From contig CAVVPN010000011.1 of the NCBI GenBank assembly GCA_963750165.1, forward strand, positions 1,216,001 to 1,280,000: a stretch of DNA of 64,000 nt. The letters run 5' to 3'. Source of the DNA: an uncultured Gemmataceae bacterium (GTDB taxonomy: Bacteria > Planctomycetota > Planctomycetia > Gemmatales > Gemmataceae). The notes below the pieces were generated by a model, which worked only from the letters and a program-made list of their open reading frames with translations, did not search any database and was not told the origin of the DNA. The translations under genes and the position numbers were made by a program. This document shows, in pieces, positions 43,389 through 53,590 of this stretch (positions are counted from its first letter, which is position 1; each line of letters starts with the position of its first letter).

Positions 43389-44453
43389 CTATTTCCGGGC
43401 GCCGGTCAGCGCCGGCACCGACCACAACTGCACGTCGTTGCCGACCGCGACGGCGAGGGTGCTGCCGCTGGGCGAAAACGCCAGCGTCTTCACGTCGTTG
43501 ACGGGCAGCACGGCCACCTCCTTGCCGCCCGCCGTGTCCCAGAGCACCGTGCGCGCGTCCTCGCTGTTGCCGCCACGGGGACCAGGCCCGGCCGCCGTCG
43601 CCAGCCAGCGGCCGTCGGCGGACAGGGCCGCCGCGGTGCCACGCCCCTTGAAGACGCGCCGCGCCACCTTCTGTCCCGGGTCGAGCACGGCGACCTGACT
43701 GTACGCGGTGCTCTTCACGGTATTGCCCTGCACCCGCACGTCCGACCCCACGCCCGCCACCACGCCCACCCGGCCGTCGGCGGACAGCGCCACCGTGCTG
43801 CCGCGCGCCTCGAACTGCCGCAGTTCCCGGTCTGTGTCCACGTCCCAGAGCCGCGCCGGCGCCGTCCGGTCGATGGCGACGAGATTATTGCCGAGCTGAA
43901 GCGTTTCGGTGGTTTTGCCGCCGGAGAGCAGCCGCTTGCCGTCGGCGCTGACGGCCAGTGCCGTCACGCGGTCCTTCTCCAGCCGCAGCGTCCGCACCGC
44001 CCTTCCGGTCGCCGTCTCCCAGAAGCGAATGGTCCGGTCGCGGCTGCCCGAGACGAGCACCGTGCCGCCCTGCGTGAAGGCCAGCGCGTTCACCAGGTCG
44101 GTGTGGCCTTCGAGCTGGCGCAGTTGCTTCCCGGCGGTCGCGTCCCAGAGCCGGATGAAGCCGTCGCGGGCGCTGGCCAGCACGGTGCCGTCCGGACTAA
44201 GCGCCACGGTGATCCCCGGCCCCGCGTGGCCATCCAGGGTGTGCAGCAGTTTGCCGGTGGGCACGTGCCAGAGCCGCACGACACCGTCGGCGCCGCCCGT
44301 CGCCAGGGTGCGGCCGTCGCCGCTGAAGGCCAGGCAGGTGACATCTTTGGTGTGCCCCTTCAGCACGCGCTCCGGGGCCTGCGGTTGTGCGTCGGCCCGG
44401 CTCGCGGCGAGACAGATGAGGACCAGAGCGGTACAGGACCAGTGCGGTCGCAT
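43389..44453 (-). CDS. Secreted WD40 repeat protein
   Basis: LKGHTKDVTCLAFSGDGRTLATGGADGVVRLW-type repeats after a signal peptide. Confidence 0.9.
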   Translation of the reverse strand: MRPHWSCTALVLICLAASRADAQPQAPERVLKGHTKDVTCLAFSGDGRTLATGGADGVVRLWHVPTGKLLHTLDGHAGPGITVALSPDGTVLASARDGFIRLWDATAGKQLRQLEGHTDLVNALAFTQGGTVLVSGSRDRTIRFWETATGRAVRTLRLEKDRVTALAVSADGKRLLSGGKTTETLQLGNNLVAIDRTAPARLWDVDTDRELRQFEARGSTVALSADGRVGVVAGVGSDVRVQGNTVKSTAYSQVAVLDPGQKVARRVFKGRGTAAALSADGRWLATAAGPGPRGGNSEDARTVLWDTAGGKEVAVLPVNDVKTLAFSPSGSTLAVAVGNDVQLWSVPALTGARK

Positions 44454-44497
44454 GAGAAACCTCCTCGCGGTCCAACGGGTGCGGAGTGGGAAGTCCA

Positions 44498-45103
44498 TCA
44501 GGGGAGCAGCTCGGCCACCGGCAGCGTCGCCACGGTGGCGCCGTCGAGCACCAGCAGCAGATCGGCACCGGGGGCGAAGTGGTCGCAGCGGGCGAACGCG
44601 GGCGCCGGCGCCGGGCCGGACGGTTGCGTGAAGACCTCGACGCGGCGGTCGGGCAGGTTGACGATCCAGTAAACCACCACGCCGGCGCGGGCATAGATGC
44701 GGGCCTTGTCCGTGCGGTCGGTCGCCAGGGTCGAGTCAGCGACTTCAACAACGAGGCCGAGGTCAACGGGACCAGGGTGCCGCGCCACGTAAGTGCGTAA
44801 TGACCCCCGAGCGATCACCACGTCCGGCTCCGGTTCGCTGTCCGCCAACGTAATCGCGGACTGGATGCGCGACGTCCAGCCGACGGGGATGGTTGCGTTC
44901 AGCGCGGCCGCAACGAGCTGGATCGCGGCGTCGTGGGGCGGGTTGTGAGCCATCTTGAGTACCACATCACCTTCGAGCAACTCCACCGCGTCATCCTCGG
45001 TGAGGATACCCGTTTCGATCATGCGGTGGTATTCATCAACCGTGAACCGGCGGAAGGAGCGATTCCCTCCCCCGGTCGGACGGCTGACCGGCGGACTGGC
45101 CAT
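44498..45103 (-). CDS. Uma2 family putative endonuclease
   Basis: RRFTVDEYHRM; VELLEG; SEPEPD; LVVEVADS; DKARIYARAG..YWIVNL. Confidence 0.93.
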   Translation of the reverse strand: MASPPVSRPTGGGNRSFRRFTVDEYHRMIETGILTEDDAVELLEGDVVLKMAHNPPHDAAIQLVAAALNATIPVGWTSRIQSAITLADSEPEPDVVIARGSLRTYVARHPGPVDLGLVVEVADSTLATDRTDKARIYARAGVVVYWIVNLPDRRVEVFTQPSGPAPAPAFARCDHFAPGADLLLVLDGATVATLPVAELLP

Positions 45104-45240
45104 AAACACCTCCTTTGTGCATGCGCGTCATCCTTTCCTCACCCCGCCCTGGGTGCCCGGATCAGATCACTCCGGCTCATCAACGCGATGGGGGGGCCGA
45201 GTCACCTCGCCCCCCCATGATAAACCAGTGACCGTGGCCG

Positions 45241-46277
45241 TCAATCGTGCTGGTTCCCGGGCGCCGACCGCCGGCCTTTGCGCCAGCGCCACCCGAGCAG
45301 TGACGCGCCGCCGAGGACGAGCAGGGCCATGGAGGATGGCTCTGGCGCAGGCGCCCGAAACCGCTTCCGGACGGGCCGGTCAGGCGCAGCACACTGTCGG
45401 TCTGCGTGATGAACAGCGAGCCGTCGTTCGGGTCCACGTTCACCAGGTCGCCGCGCGAGCCGCCGCTGGCGATGAGCGTTGTCGCCAGTGTCGTCAGGTT
45501 GATCTCCACCAGGGTGCCCTGGTTGGTGTTGACGAACAGGTTGCCCGCCAGGGCGCCGTAGCCCACCGCCGTCCCGTCCGGGTCGCCGTAGGCTGCAAGG
45601 GAGCCCGAATTGAATACCTGCGCCCCCGTGGTGGCGTTGAACCCCAGGATGTTGTCGCCCCCGCTGGCGTTCTGGGCGGCGTACAGAGTGTTGGTCGTCG
45701 GGTCGTAAGTCAGGCCGTCGGCGTGGTCGGTGTTGAGGACCGTGGCCACCCCCGTCGAGGGGTTGAGGTCGTAAATGGCCCCCAGGTAGGTGGAGACGAA
45801 AAGGTGCCCGGTGTTGGGGTTGGCCGCCAGGGCGACCGGGTTGGTGAACGCCGCGACGAACGCACCAGGGGTCCCGTTGGCGTTCAGTTGGACCACCTGA
45901 TTCAGGCCCGCCTGGGCCATGTACATCGTGTTGCCAATCTGGGCGATGCCGCCGACGGTGTTGTTGCCGCTGACGACCACCGGGCTGACGCTGCCCGCGC
46001 TCTGGCCGTTGTTGGCGTTCAGGAAGTTATACACGTAGCTGGGGCCGGACCCCTCCACGCTGACCAGGACGTTGCCGCCCGGCGCGAAGCCGATGCCGAT
46101 GGGGCCGAGGCCGTCGCCCCGGTTCGAGAAGCCCGAAGCGAAGGTCGTCAGGTTGAGGCCCTGAGCCGTACCGGCGGCCGTCAGCACCATGCCGGCCGCG
46201 GCGGTGCCCGGCACGGCGAACAGGGCGGCCACCGCCACCACCAGGGCCAGGCCGCGTTTCACGAATGTCCCTACCAT
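45241..46277 (-). CDS. PEP-CTERM sorting domain protein, beta-propeller (frameshift near 45355 detaches the PEP tail)
   Basis: Signal peptide; propeller repeats; alternative frame after GSGFG reads APAPEPSSMALLVLGGASLLGWRWRKGRR..* (stop 45241). Confidence 0.85.
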
Positions 46278-46706
46278 TCCAGTCCTTTCCGCCGGCCGTG
46301 CCGGCGCGTACGGCTTGCGCCACGCACAATCGTGGCAGCACCGTGAACGTCGATCTGCGCGGGACATTCCGGGAGGGGTGGCGCAAGAAAAAACGGCGCA
46401 CCGAGGCTACCTTCTCAGAAGGTCACCGCGGGGCACCGCGAATGTGATTGTCTGGAGAAGAGGGGGTGAGTCAACAGAAAAATCGCTTTTTTGAAAGCAA
46501 TTGAGGGAAAGAACTCGCGTATTTCATCCAGGGGAGCAGTCGGGCGGGAAGAAGATGGTGGGAGAGCCAGCGCTCCATCGGGGTGGAAGCGGGCCCGATC
46601 GCGCCCGACTCCCCCACCTTCGTCCCGGCAACCGGGTAGATCAAACCGCACCCTTTCGGAGGGGTCGCAAAGAGTCCGCAACCTCTCAGCCATTTTCCCT
46701 ACTATA

Positions 46707-46721
46707 GCAAGCAAGGTGCCA
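46707..46721 (-). promoter_or_regulatory. Consensus sigma-54 promoter facing the second PEP-CTERM gene
   Basis: Minus strand TGGCAC-CTTGC-TTGC, an exact -24/-12 match. Confidence 0.75.
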
Positions 46722-46840
46722 AATCTTACTGGCTTCTCAGTAGCGAGCGTAATTGGGCGTAACTGGGATGTGAGTAAAGAATTGCACCTGAGGCCGCTAT
46801 CGGGGCCGTGGCTGCCGAAGCACTCATCTATGGTCGCGCA

Positions 46841-48286
46841 TCATTCAGCCTGGTTGTCGTCCGACCAGACCGACCGCTCGATGGTGATGTGCAAAGTGCG
46901 AATCTTGGTCCGCAGACTGCCGCGCGTGATGCCCAGGATGCGGGCCGCCTGGACCTGGTTGCCCTGCGTGTGTTGCAGTACCGCCGTGACCAGCTGCCGT
47001 TCCATCAGCGCCAGTGTCTCCGCGTACAGGTCTTCCGAGCCCGCCCGCAGTCGCTCCTGGATGAATGAGCCCAGGTCGGCAGTGCCGTTCGCCGCGGGCC
47101 GCTCGGGGGCCTTCTCCGGATGACGCACGGCCGGCGGCAAGAAGTCCGGCACCAGCACCGTGCCGGTTGCCTGCAACAGCGCCTGTTTCAGCACGCTCTG
47201 CAGCTCGCGGACGTTGCCGGGCCACGGGTAGCGACGCAGCAGTTCCAGCGCCTCCGGCGCAACGCGCTGGATGTCCTTGCCGAGTTCGTGGCCGAAGCGG
47301 CGCAGCAGATGTTCGACCAGCAGCGGCAAATCCTCCTGGCGTTCACGCAACGGCGGCAGCTTGATGGTGAAGACATTGAGGCGGTAGTACAGGTCAAGGC
47401 GGAACTGCTCCTCGGCGACCAGGTCGGCCAGGTCGGCGTTGGTGGCGAAGATGAGTCGCACGTTCGTTTGAATCGTTTCCTGGCCGCCGACGCGCTCGAA
47501 CTTCTGCTCCTGCAGCAGCCGCAGCAGCTTGCTCTGCGTCAACAGCGGCATGTCGCCGATTTCGTCCAGGAACAGCGTGCCACCGCTGCACTGCTCGAAC
47601 TTGCCGATGCGGCGGCGGTCGGCGCCGGTGAACGCTCCTTTTTCGTGGCCGAACAGCTCGCTCTCCAGCAGCGTCTCGGGGATGGCGGCGCAGTTGATCG
47701 CCAGGAAGGGTTTGTCGGCGCGGCGGCTGTGCTGGTAGATGGCGCGGGCGACAAGCTCCTTACCGGTGCCGCTCTCGCCGAGCAGCAGCACGGTCACGTC
47801 CTGCGAGGCGACCCGGCCGATAGCCTTGTAGACCTCCTGCATGGCAGTGCAGCGGCCGACGAGCACATCGGAGCGTTCCGGCGCGGGCGAATCGGCGGGC
47901 AGCACCGCCGGGACATGGGCCAGCCGGCTGATTTCCAGGGCACGGCCGATCAACTCGCGCAGGACGGGCAGCTCCAGCGGCTTCAGCAGGTAGTCGAAGG
48001 CACCGAGCTTCATGGCCTCGATGGCGGTGTCGGTGGTGCCATGACCGGTGATGAAGATGACGGGGAGGCGGGCGTCGTGCTGCTGAATGGTACGGAAGGT
48101 TTGCAGGCCGGGCTGATCGGGCAGGCTCAGATCGAGGATGACCACATCGGGCGGTTGCCGGGCCACCAGGTCGAGGCCCTCGGCGGCGGTGGAGGCGGTC
48201 AGCACGGTCAGCGGCGGATCGCGGAACGCCTTGCGAAAGGCGTGCAGGATGGAGGTGTCGTCGTCGATGACCAGCAGGGTTGGCAT
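46841..48286 (-). CDS. Sigma-54-dependent response regulator (NtrC/AtoC family)
   Basis: Receiver LLVIDDD...[36 protein letters not shown]; Fis [15 protein letters not shown]. Confidence 0.96.
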   Translation of the reverse strand: MPTLLVIDDDTSILHAFRKAFRDPPLTVLTASTAAEGLDLVARQPPDVVILDLSLPDQPGLQTFRTIQQHDARLPVIFITGHGTTDTAIEAMKLGAFDYLLKPLELPVLRELIGRALEISRLAHVPAVLPADSPAPERSDVLVGRCTAMQEVYKAIGRVASQDVTVLLLGESGTGKELVARAIYQHSRRADKPFLAINCAAIPETLLESELFGHEKGAFTGADRRRIGKFEQCSGGTLFLDEIGDMPLLTQSKLLRLLQEQKFERVGGQETIQTNVRLIFATNADLADLVAEEQFRLDLYYRLNVFTIKLPPLRERQEDLPLLVEHLLRRFGHELGKDIQRVAPEALELLRRYPWPGNVRELQSVLKQALLQATGTVLVPDFLPPAVRHPEKAPERPAANGTADLGSFIQERLRAGSEDLYAETLALMERQLVTAVLQHTQGNQVQAARILGITRGSLRTKIRTLHITIERSVWSDDNQAE

Positions 48287-48313
48287 GGGGTGACCTATTA
48301 AACGCATTCTCTG

Positions 48314-48411
48314 CGAGCGGGGTCGCGTCAGCGCCCGGTGCGTGATGGCGAGCGGGGTCGCGTCAGCGCCCCGTGCGTGTGCCACGGGGCGCTGACGCGA
48401 CCCCCGCTCGC
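48314..48411. repeat. REP-like cluster: two direct and one inverted copy of gcgagcggggtcgcgtcagcgccc
   Basis: Copies at about 48313 and 48347, inverted at about 48386. Confidence 0.8.
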
Positions 48412-48415
48412 CGGT

Positions 48416-49773
48416 TCATCCGCTTGCGCCGCGCTGCAACTGCTTAACCTCCTCCTGGCACCGCGCCGCCAGTTCGTCCAGGCCGAGGCCGCGATGACAT
48501 TTTAGCAGATCGGTCAACACCGCCGCAAACTGGTGCCGCGGTAGCAGCCCCTGCTCCTGCTGCGCCGAGCGCAGCTGCTCCAGGCACTCGCGCGCGCAGC
48601 GCAGATCGCCGCGGCCCAGAAATGCCTGGCCGAGCAGCCGCAGGATGCGCGCCCGCGCAGGTCGAGCGTCACCCACTCCGCCGGCCGGTGGATGTCGAGC
48701 CGGTCGATCACGTCGCCAAACGCGCGGCGACCGAGCAGGCGACGGGCGTCGCGCACCAGGTCCTCGCCGTTGTCGTCGCTGACCGGCGGCGGCAGGCGCT
48801 CGGCGCCGTCGGCCTGCTCCAGCGGCGGCGGCACCGGGATGGTCGGGTCGATGGGCGGCAGCTCACCGCCGGCCTCGCACGTCTCGATGGCCTCCAGCAG
48901 CTGGCCGGCGTCGCGGAAGCGCAGCACTGGGTTGTTGTCCAGGCAGCGCAGGATCAACGCATCGAGCCAGCGGTGGTCGAAGCGGATCTCGTTCTGCACG
49001 TCGGACGGTGGCGGAAACTGCAGCGTCATCTTGAGGCGGTAGCGATCCTCCTGGCGCGGGTCGTCCGCGGGGTCGGGCCACGGGGCGGTCAGGTGCGGGC
49101 CGCCGCCGGTGAACAGTTCGTACATGAGTAGACCAAGGCCGTACACGTCCGCGGCGGGCGTGGAGCGGCCCTGTAGCGTCTCGGGCGCCATGTAGGTGTA
49201 GGTGCCGTGGGCGCCCGGCACGAAGCCGAGGCGCGGGTCGGCGAAGGATGCCAGGCCGAAATCGACCAGGCGCACGACGCCGCCGCGGTCGATGAGCACG
49301 TTGTCCGGCTTGAGGTCGCGGTGGACCGCCCCCTGGGCATGGACGACCGCGAGGCCGCGGCAGATTTCCTTGACGTAGCGCAGGCCGGTGGCGACGCCGA
49401 GGCGGCCCGCGGCCTGGATGTGCGCCAGCAGTGGGTGGCCGTCGATGTATTCCATGACGAGGAAGCCGCGGCCGTCGTGCTCGGGCAGGAGGCCCATGTC
49501 GTAGATGGGGACGAGGTGCTGCCGGCCCTCGCGCGGCCCGCCGGCGATGAGGCGGGCCAGCGTCAGCGCGTCGCTGAACAGCCGCGGGGCGTTCTGCTCG
49601 GTCAGGCCGGTCTGCCGCGAGATTTTCACCGCGACGGGGCGGACGAACTGGCTGCAGAAGAACTGCTCGGCGCGGAAGACGGTACCGAAGGCGCCGCGGG
49701 CGTGGACCTGCACGAGGCGGTACCTGTCCGCAATGACACGGCCCAGCAGGCGGTCTTCAAAGGGGGTGTTCAC
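48416..49773 (-). CDS. Ser/Thr protein kinase with helical (TPR-like) C-terminus (frameshift near 48653)
   Basis: RGAFGTV; VAVKI; HRDLKPDN; DFGLA; YMAPE; DVYGLG; tail continues as RILRLLGQAFL... in the next frame. Confidence 0.9.
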
Positions 49774-49831
49774 GGCGGTGGTCTGTTTTCTTTCTGCCGC
49801 AAGCGGTAGCGTTTAACGGTGCGGTCTCTGG

Positions 49832-50308
49832 TTACTTCTTTCCGCGCTTGAACGTCAAGGTGATGGCCGTTTCGTCCTTCCAGGACGTAACGGCTTTGCC
49901 TCCCGGCCCAGGCATTGCCATTTTGAGGGTGTCCCTATCCAGTTGGTACACGCCTTTCATGACGTGTTCAAACTTTTCTTCGCCCTTGTCGCTCTTCTTG
50001 GTCGCCACGGTGCGAATGGTGATCTGCCGGGGGGTTTTCTTGACATCGATGTCAAAGGTGGCGGGGGGCGATTTTTGCTCCTTGCCATCCCGCGAACTCA
50101 CAAAGAACAGCTTCCCCTGCTGGATCTCCAAATTCACCTTGTTCAGTTTTTCCCTGGGCATGCCCTTGAGGGTTGCCGACTCGAACACCCAGGTGCCTTG
50201 CAATTTCAACAGGTCATTGGTCTTGTCCTGGATTTCCTGCGTCTGCCCCGCCAGGCCCGCCGCGGAAACCAGCACGACCGCTACGCCGACCAAATTTCGC
50301 CAACGCAT
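49832..50308 (-). CDS. TIGR03067 domain secreted protein
   Basis: DLLKLQGTW; FDIDVKKTPRQITI; KGVYQLDRDTLKM; LTFKR. Confidence 0.85.
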   Translation of the reverse strand: MRWRNLVGVAVVLVSAAGLAGQTQEIQDKTNDLLKLQGTWVFESATLKGMPREKLNKVNLEIQQGKLFFVSSRDGKEQKSPPATFDIDVKKTPRQITIRTVATKKSDKGEEKFEHVMKGVYQLDRDTLKMAMPGPGGKAVTSWKDETAITLTFKRGKK

Positions 50309-50319
50309 GATGGCTCTCC

Positions 50320-50456
50320 TCATTGCTTGACGCGCTCCACATTCATTCCGCTGTACTCCACCAGTTGCCAGGTGCCCTGGAGTTTTTTCAGTTCGTCCGC
50401 GTTGGCGTCGCCGCCCGGGCCGCCACCAGCACCGCCGCCGTCATCACTCGCCGCAT
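50320..50456 (-). pseudogene. Internally deleted TIGR03067 paralog remnant
   Basis: MRRVMTAAVLVA / GGDANADELKKLQGTWQLVEYSG fused to MNVERVKQ*. Confidence 0.65.
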
Positions 50457-50536
50457 GGTCGAATCTCCGAGGTTTCGAGTTCCGTTCACCCCATCATGCG
50501 ACCGCCGCGCCGCTCCGTCCAGAGAAATAACGCACG

Positions 50537-51058
50537 TCAGCCGCCGCCGTTGGCCGTTAACCCCGGCACGGCCAGCACACTATACGTCCAACCGACCGGC
50601 CGGCCGTCGCGGTACGGCATGACGCCGTGAAACTGGCCCGCGTCCGCCGCGAACACCAGCGGTACGAAATAACGGTCGCCCTCCCACAACGGCAGCTCCA
50701 GGATGCGCTCGACCTCGACCCACTCCAGCGTCCCTTCCGCGTTCTCGGTGCGCGGCGTGCCGTGCCAGCGGTCGATGCGAAAGATGAAGCCGAACCAGTC
50801 CTCGCCGCCCTTGCCGAAGCCCGGCCAGCTAATCGTCCCGCGTAGCAAAAGCTCGTCGCACTCAATGTCGGCTTCCTCGCGGATTTCGCGGCGGAGGCAG
50901 GCGACCACGTCCTCATCGGCGTGTAGTTTGCCGCCGAGGCCGTTGTACTTGCCGAGGTGGGCGTCGTCGGGCCGGCGGTTGCGGTGGACGAGCAGCACGC
51001 GGCGGCGGTCCGGCGACAGGACGTATCCAAGCGTGGCAACAATGGGAGTGTACGGCAT
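50537..51058 (-). CDS. NUDIX hydrolase (8-oxo-dGTP diphosphatase-like)
   Basis: GKYNGLGGKL..DEDVVACLRREIREEA; EGTLEW; LPLWEGD. Confidence 0.9.
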   Translation of the reverse strand: MPYTPIVATLGYVLSPDRRRVLLVHRNRRPDDAHLGKYNGLGGKLHADEDVVACLRREIREEADIECDELLLRGTISWPGFGKGGEDWFGFIFRIDRWHGTPRTENAEGTLEWVEVERILELPLWEGDRYFVPLVFAADAGQFHGVMPYRDGRPVGWTYSVLAVPGLTANGGG

Positions 51059-51528
51059 CAGCGCGTGAAGTTCTGGGTGTTGAAGTAGTATTCCTGGTCC
51101 GCGTCGCGGCCGGGCCACAGAAATTCCGCCAGCCGTCGCACTGCTTCCTGCGCGGCATCCAGGTCGCGGAACAGCGCCGGCTGATAGGGCTGTCCGGGCC
51201 GCCGTTCGCAGGCGACCCAGGCGAACTCCCCGGCGCACAGACGCACCACGAAGCCGGCCGGCTGGGCGACGGCCTCCAGCGGGCTGCGTTCCGCGGCGGC
51301 GGCTGATTCGAGCGCACCGTGCAACCGGCGGGCGACGCCGGCGGCCTCATCGCGGCCGAAGTCGGCGAACGGCGAGCGTACCGACTCGGCGTCGGCGCGC
51401 AGGGCGAGCAGGTCCCAGGCCAGGGCGCGGGGCCGCAAGATGACGAGGGTGCGGCGCCCCGGTGGCACCAGAATGCCCAGAGCGGTCGGCCCCGCCCGGC
51501 TGTCCTCGACACGACGAAACGCGGCCAT
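51058..51528 (-). CDS. Conserved-looking hypothetical protein
   Basis: TGATG coupling to the NUDIX gene; ALGILVPPGRRTLVILRPRAL.WDLL; QEYYFNTQNF. Confidence 0.7.
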   Translation of the reverse strand: MAAFRRVEDSRAGPTALGILVPPGRRTLVILRPRALAWDLLALRADAESVRSPFADFGRDEAAGVARRLHGALESAAAAERSPLEAVAQPAGFVVRLCAGEFAWVACERRPGQPYQPALFRDLDAAQEAVRRLAEFLWPGRDADQEYYFNTQNFTR

Positions 51529-51546
51529 ACGAACGCTCTCCCAAAG

Positions 51547-51656
51547 AAGGATTCACCACAAAGACACGAAGAGCACAAAGGAAGACCAGTGACAGGAACA
51601 AATCCATTTTCCTTGTCTTTTCCTTTGTGTCCTCTGTGACTTTGTGGTGAATCCTT
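51547..51656. repeat. Palindrome with ~9-nt subrepeats (CACAAAG type)
   Basis: aaggattcaccacaaagacacgaagagcacaaagg ... cctttgtgtcctctgtgactttgtggtgaatcctt. Confidence 0.85.
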
Positions 51657-51737
51657 TTTCAATTGGCCCCATTGTAACGTCGCGCTTCACCTGCGACAAT
51701 CACCCAACCGCCCGCGTCATCGCAAGGAGTCAACCTG

Positions 51738-53453
51738 ATGCACTCGATCCGTCTGGCGCTGCCGCTGTTCGCACTGGCGGCGCTGTTGCTGCCGCTGCTG
51801 TTGCCGCGCGTCGTCACCGCCGAGCCCGACGCCGACGCCACCGAACGCGCCCGCAAGTTTGTGGACGCCTTCACCACCAAAATCCGACCACTGGAGATCG
51901 CCGCCAACCGCGCCTGGTGGAACGCCAACATCACCGGCAAGGATGAGGACTTCAAGGCCAAGGAGGACGCCCAGAACCGCATCGACGAGTTCCTGTCCTA
52001 CAAGCCCGCCTTCCAGGAACTCAAGGCCATCAAGGCGGCCGGCGGCATCCAGGACAAGGTGCTCGCCCGGGCCATTGATGTCATCTACCTCGCTTATCTC
52101 GAAAAGCAGGTGGACGCCGAGTTGCTCCGAAAGATGACCGCCCTGTCCAACTCCATCGAGAAGAAGTTCAGCAACTTCCGCGCGGTCGTGGACGGCAAGG
52201 AACTGGAGGACGCCGAGATTCGCAAGATTTTGCGGACCTCCAAACTATCCGAGCGCCGCCGGGACGCCTACGAGGCCAGCAAGGAACTCGGCAAGGTCGT
52301 TGAGCCGGAGTTGAAACAACTCGTCAAGCTGCGCAACCAGACGGCGGTGCAGCTCGGCTTCAAGAACTACCACGCCCTGCAGCTGTTCCTGGCTGAGCAG
52401 AACGGCGACGACCTCATCAAGTTGTTCGACCAGCTCGACGAACTGACGCGGCAGCCGTTCGAGCAGGTCAAGGCCGAGATTGACGTGAAACTCGCCCAGA
52501 ACTGCGGCATCGAGGTGAAAGACTTGATGCCGTGGCATTACCACGACCCGTTTTTCCAGGAGACGCCCGCCGTCTTCAGCGCCGACCTCGACGCGGTGTA
52601 CGCCAAGCTCGACCTCATCAAGCTGAGCCGGGAATTTTACCGGGGCATCGGTCTGCCAATTGATTTGGTGATCGAGAAGACCGGCGACTTCGCGCCGCGC
52701 AAGGGCAAGAATCCACACGCCTTTTGCAGCGACCTGACACGCGACGGCACCGACGTGCGCGTGCTGGCCAATGTCGTGAACAACGCCTACTGGATGTCCA
52801 CGCTGCTGCATGAGTTCGGCCACTCGGTCTACAGCAGCATCAACATCCCGGCGAAACTGCCGTATGTGCTGCGCACCGAGGCACACATCCTGACCACCGA
52901 GGGCGTCGCCATGATGTTCGAGCGCCTGGCCAAGCGCCGCGCCTGGCTGGAGCAGATGGGCGTCAAGCTCGCAGACCCGCAGGCCTTCGAGGAGACCGGC
53001 GCCAGGATGCGCCGCGCACAACTGCTGATCTTTTCGCGCTGGTGCCAGGTGATGCTGCGTTTCGAGAAGGGCATGTATGAAAATCCCGACCAGGATCTGA
53101 ACAAGCTGTGGTGGGATCTGGTGGAGCGCTATCAGAACCTGCGACGGCCGCCGGGCCGCAACGCGCCGGACTACGGCAGCAAATATCACATCGTCGGCGC
53201 CCCGGTGTACTACCACAATTACATGATGGGTGAGATGTTCGCCTCGCAACTGCACCACGCCATCGCCCGTGAGGTGATGCAGGGGGCGGACCCGAATACG
53301 GTGGTGTACGTCGGCAACAAGGCGGTCGGTAGGTTCATGCGCGAGCGCGTCTTCACGCCGGGCCGCACGCTGACGTGGAACGAGCTAACGCGGCACGCCA
53401 CCGGCGCGGAGCTGAACGCGGAGGCGTTCGCCAGGGACTTCCGCGGCCAGTAG
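51738..53453 (+). CDS. Secreted M2/M3-family zinc metallopeptidase (peptidyl-dipeptidase A-like)
   Basis: Signal peptide; PWHYHDPFFQE; KNPHAFC; LLHEFGH; LTTEGVAM; HIVGAPVYYHNY. Confidence 0.9.
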   Translation: MHSIRLALPLFALAALLLPLLLPRVVTAEPDADATERARKFVDAFTTKIRPLEIAANRAWWNANITGKDEDFKAKEDAQNRIDEFLSYKPAFQELKAIKAAGGIQDKVLARAIDVIYLAYLEKQVDAELLRKMTALSNSIEKKFSNFRAVVDGKELEDAEIRKILRTSKLSERRRDAYEASKELGKVVEPELKQLVKLRNQTAVQLGFKNYHALQLFLAEQNGDDLIKLFDQLDELTRQPFEQVKAEIDVKLAQNCGIEVKDLMPWHYHDPFFQETPAVFSADLDAVYAKLDLIKLSREFYRGIGLPIDLVIEKTGDFAPRKGKNPHAFCSDLTRDGTDVRVLANVVNNAYWMSTLLHEFGHSVYSSINIPAKLPYVLRTEAHILTTEGVAMMFERLAKRRAWLEQMGVKLADPQAFEETGARMRRAQLLIFSRWCQVMLRFEKGMYENPDQDLNKLWWDLVERYQNLRRPPGRNAPDYGSKYHIVGAPVYYHNYMMGEMFASQLHHAIAREVMQGADPNTVVYVGNKAVGRFMRERVFTPGRTLTWNELTRHATGAELNAEAFARDFRGQ

Positions 53454-53461
53454 TCAGATGA

Positions 53462-53589
53462 AACCACGGAACACACGGAACACACGGAAAAAAGACAAAG
53501 AGAAAAGCCCCCGGGTTGAAGTCCAGCGTGCGAACCCAGGGCCATTTTTCTTCGGTCTTTTTTCTGTGTTTTCCGTGTGTTCCGTGGTT
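53462..53589. repeat. Palindrome with 9-nt subrepeats (CACGGAACA type) between convergent genes
   Basis: aaccacggaacacacggaacacacggaaaaaagac ... gtcttttttctgtgttttccgtgtgttccgtggtt. Confidence 0.88.
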
Positions 53590-53590
53590 G

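Noticed and set aside
44498..45103. Uma2 gene as part of a defence island
   Set aside because: Solitary Uma2 genes are common in planctomycetes; no methylase or other defence genes are adjacent.
46636..46690. Resemblance to a c-di-GMP-I riboswitch (caaacc...gggtcgcaaag)
   Set aside because: It is on the strand opposite the downstream gene, lacks the GAAA tetraloop in that orientation and has no convincing second stem.
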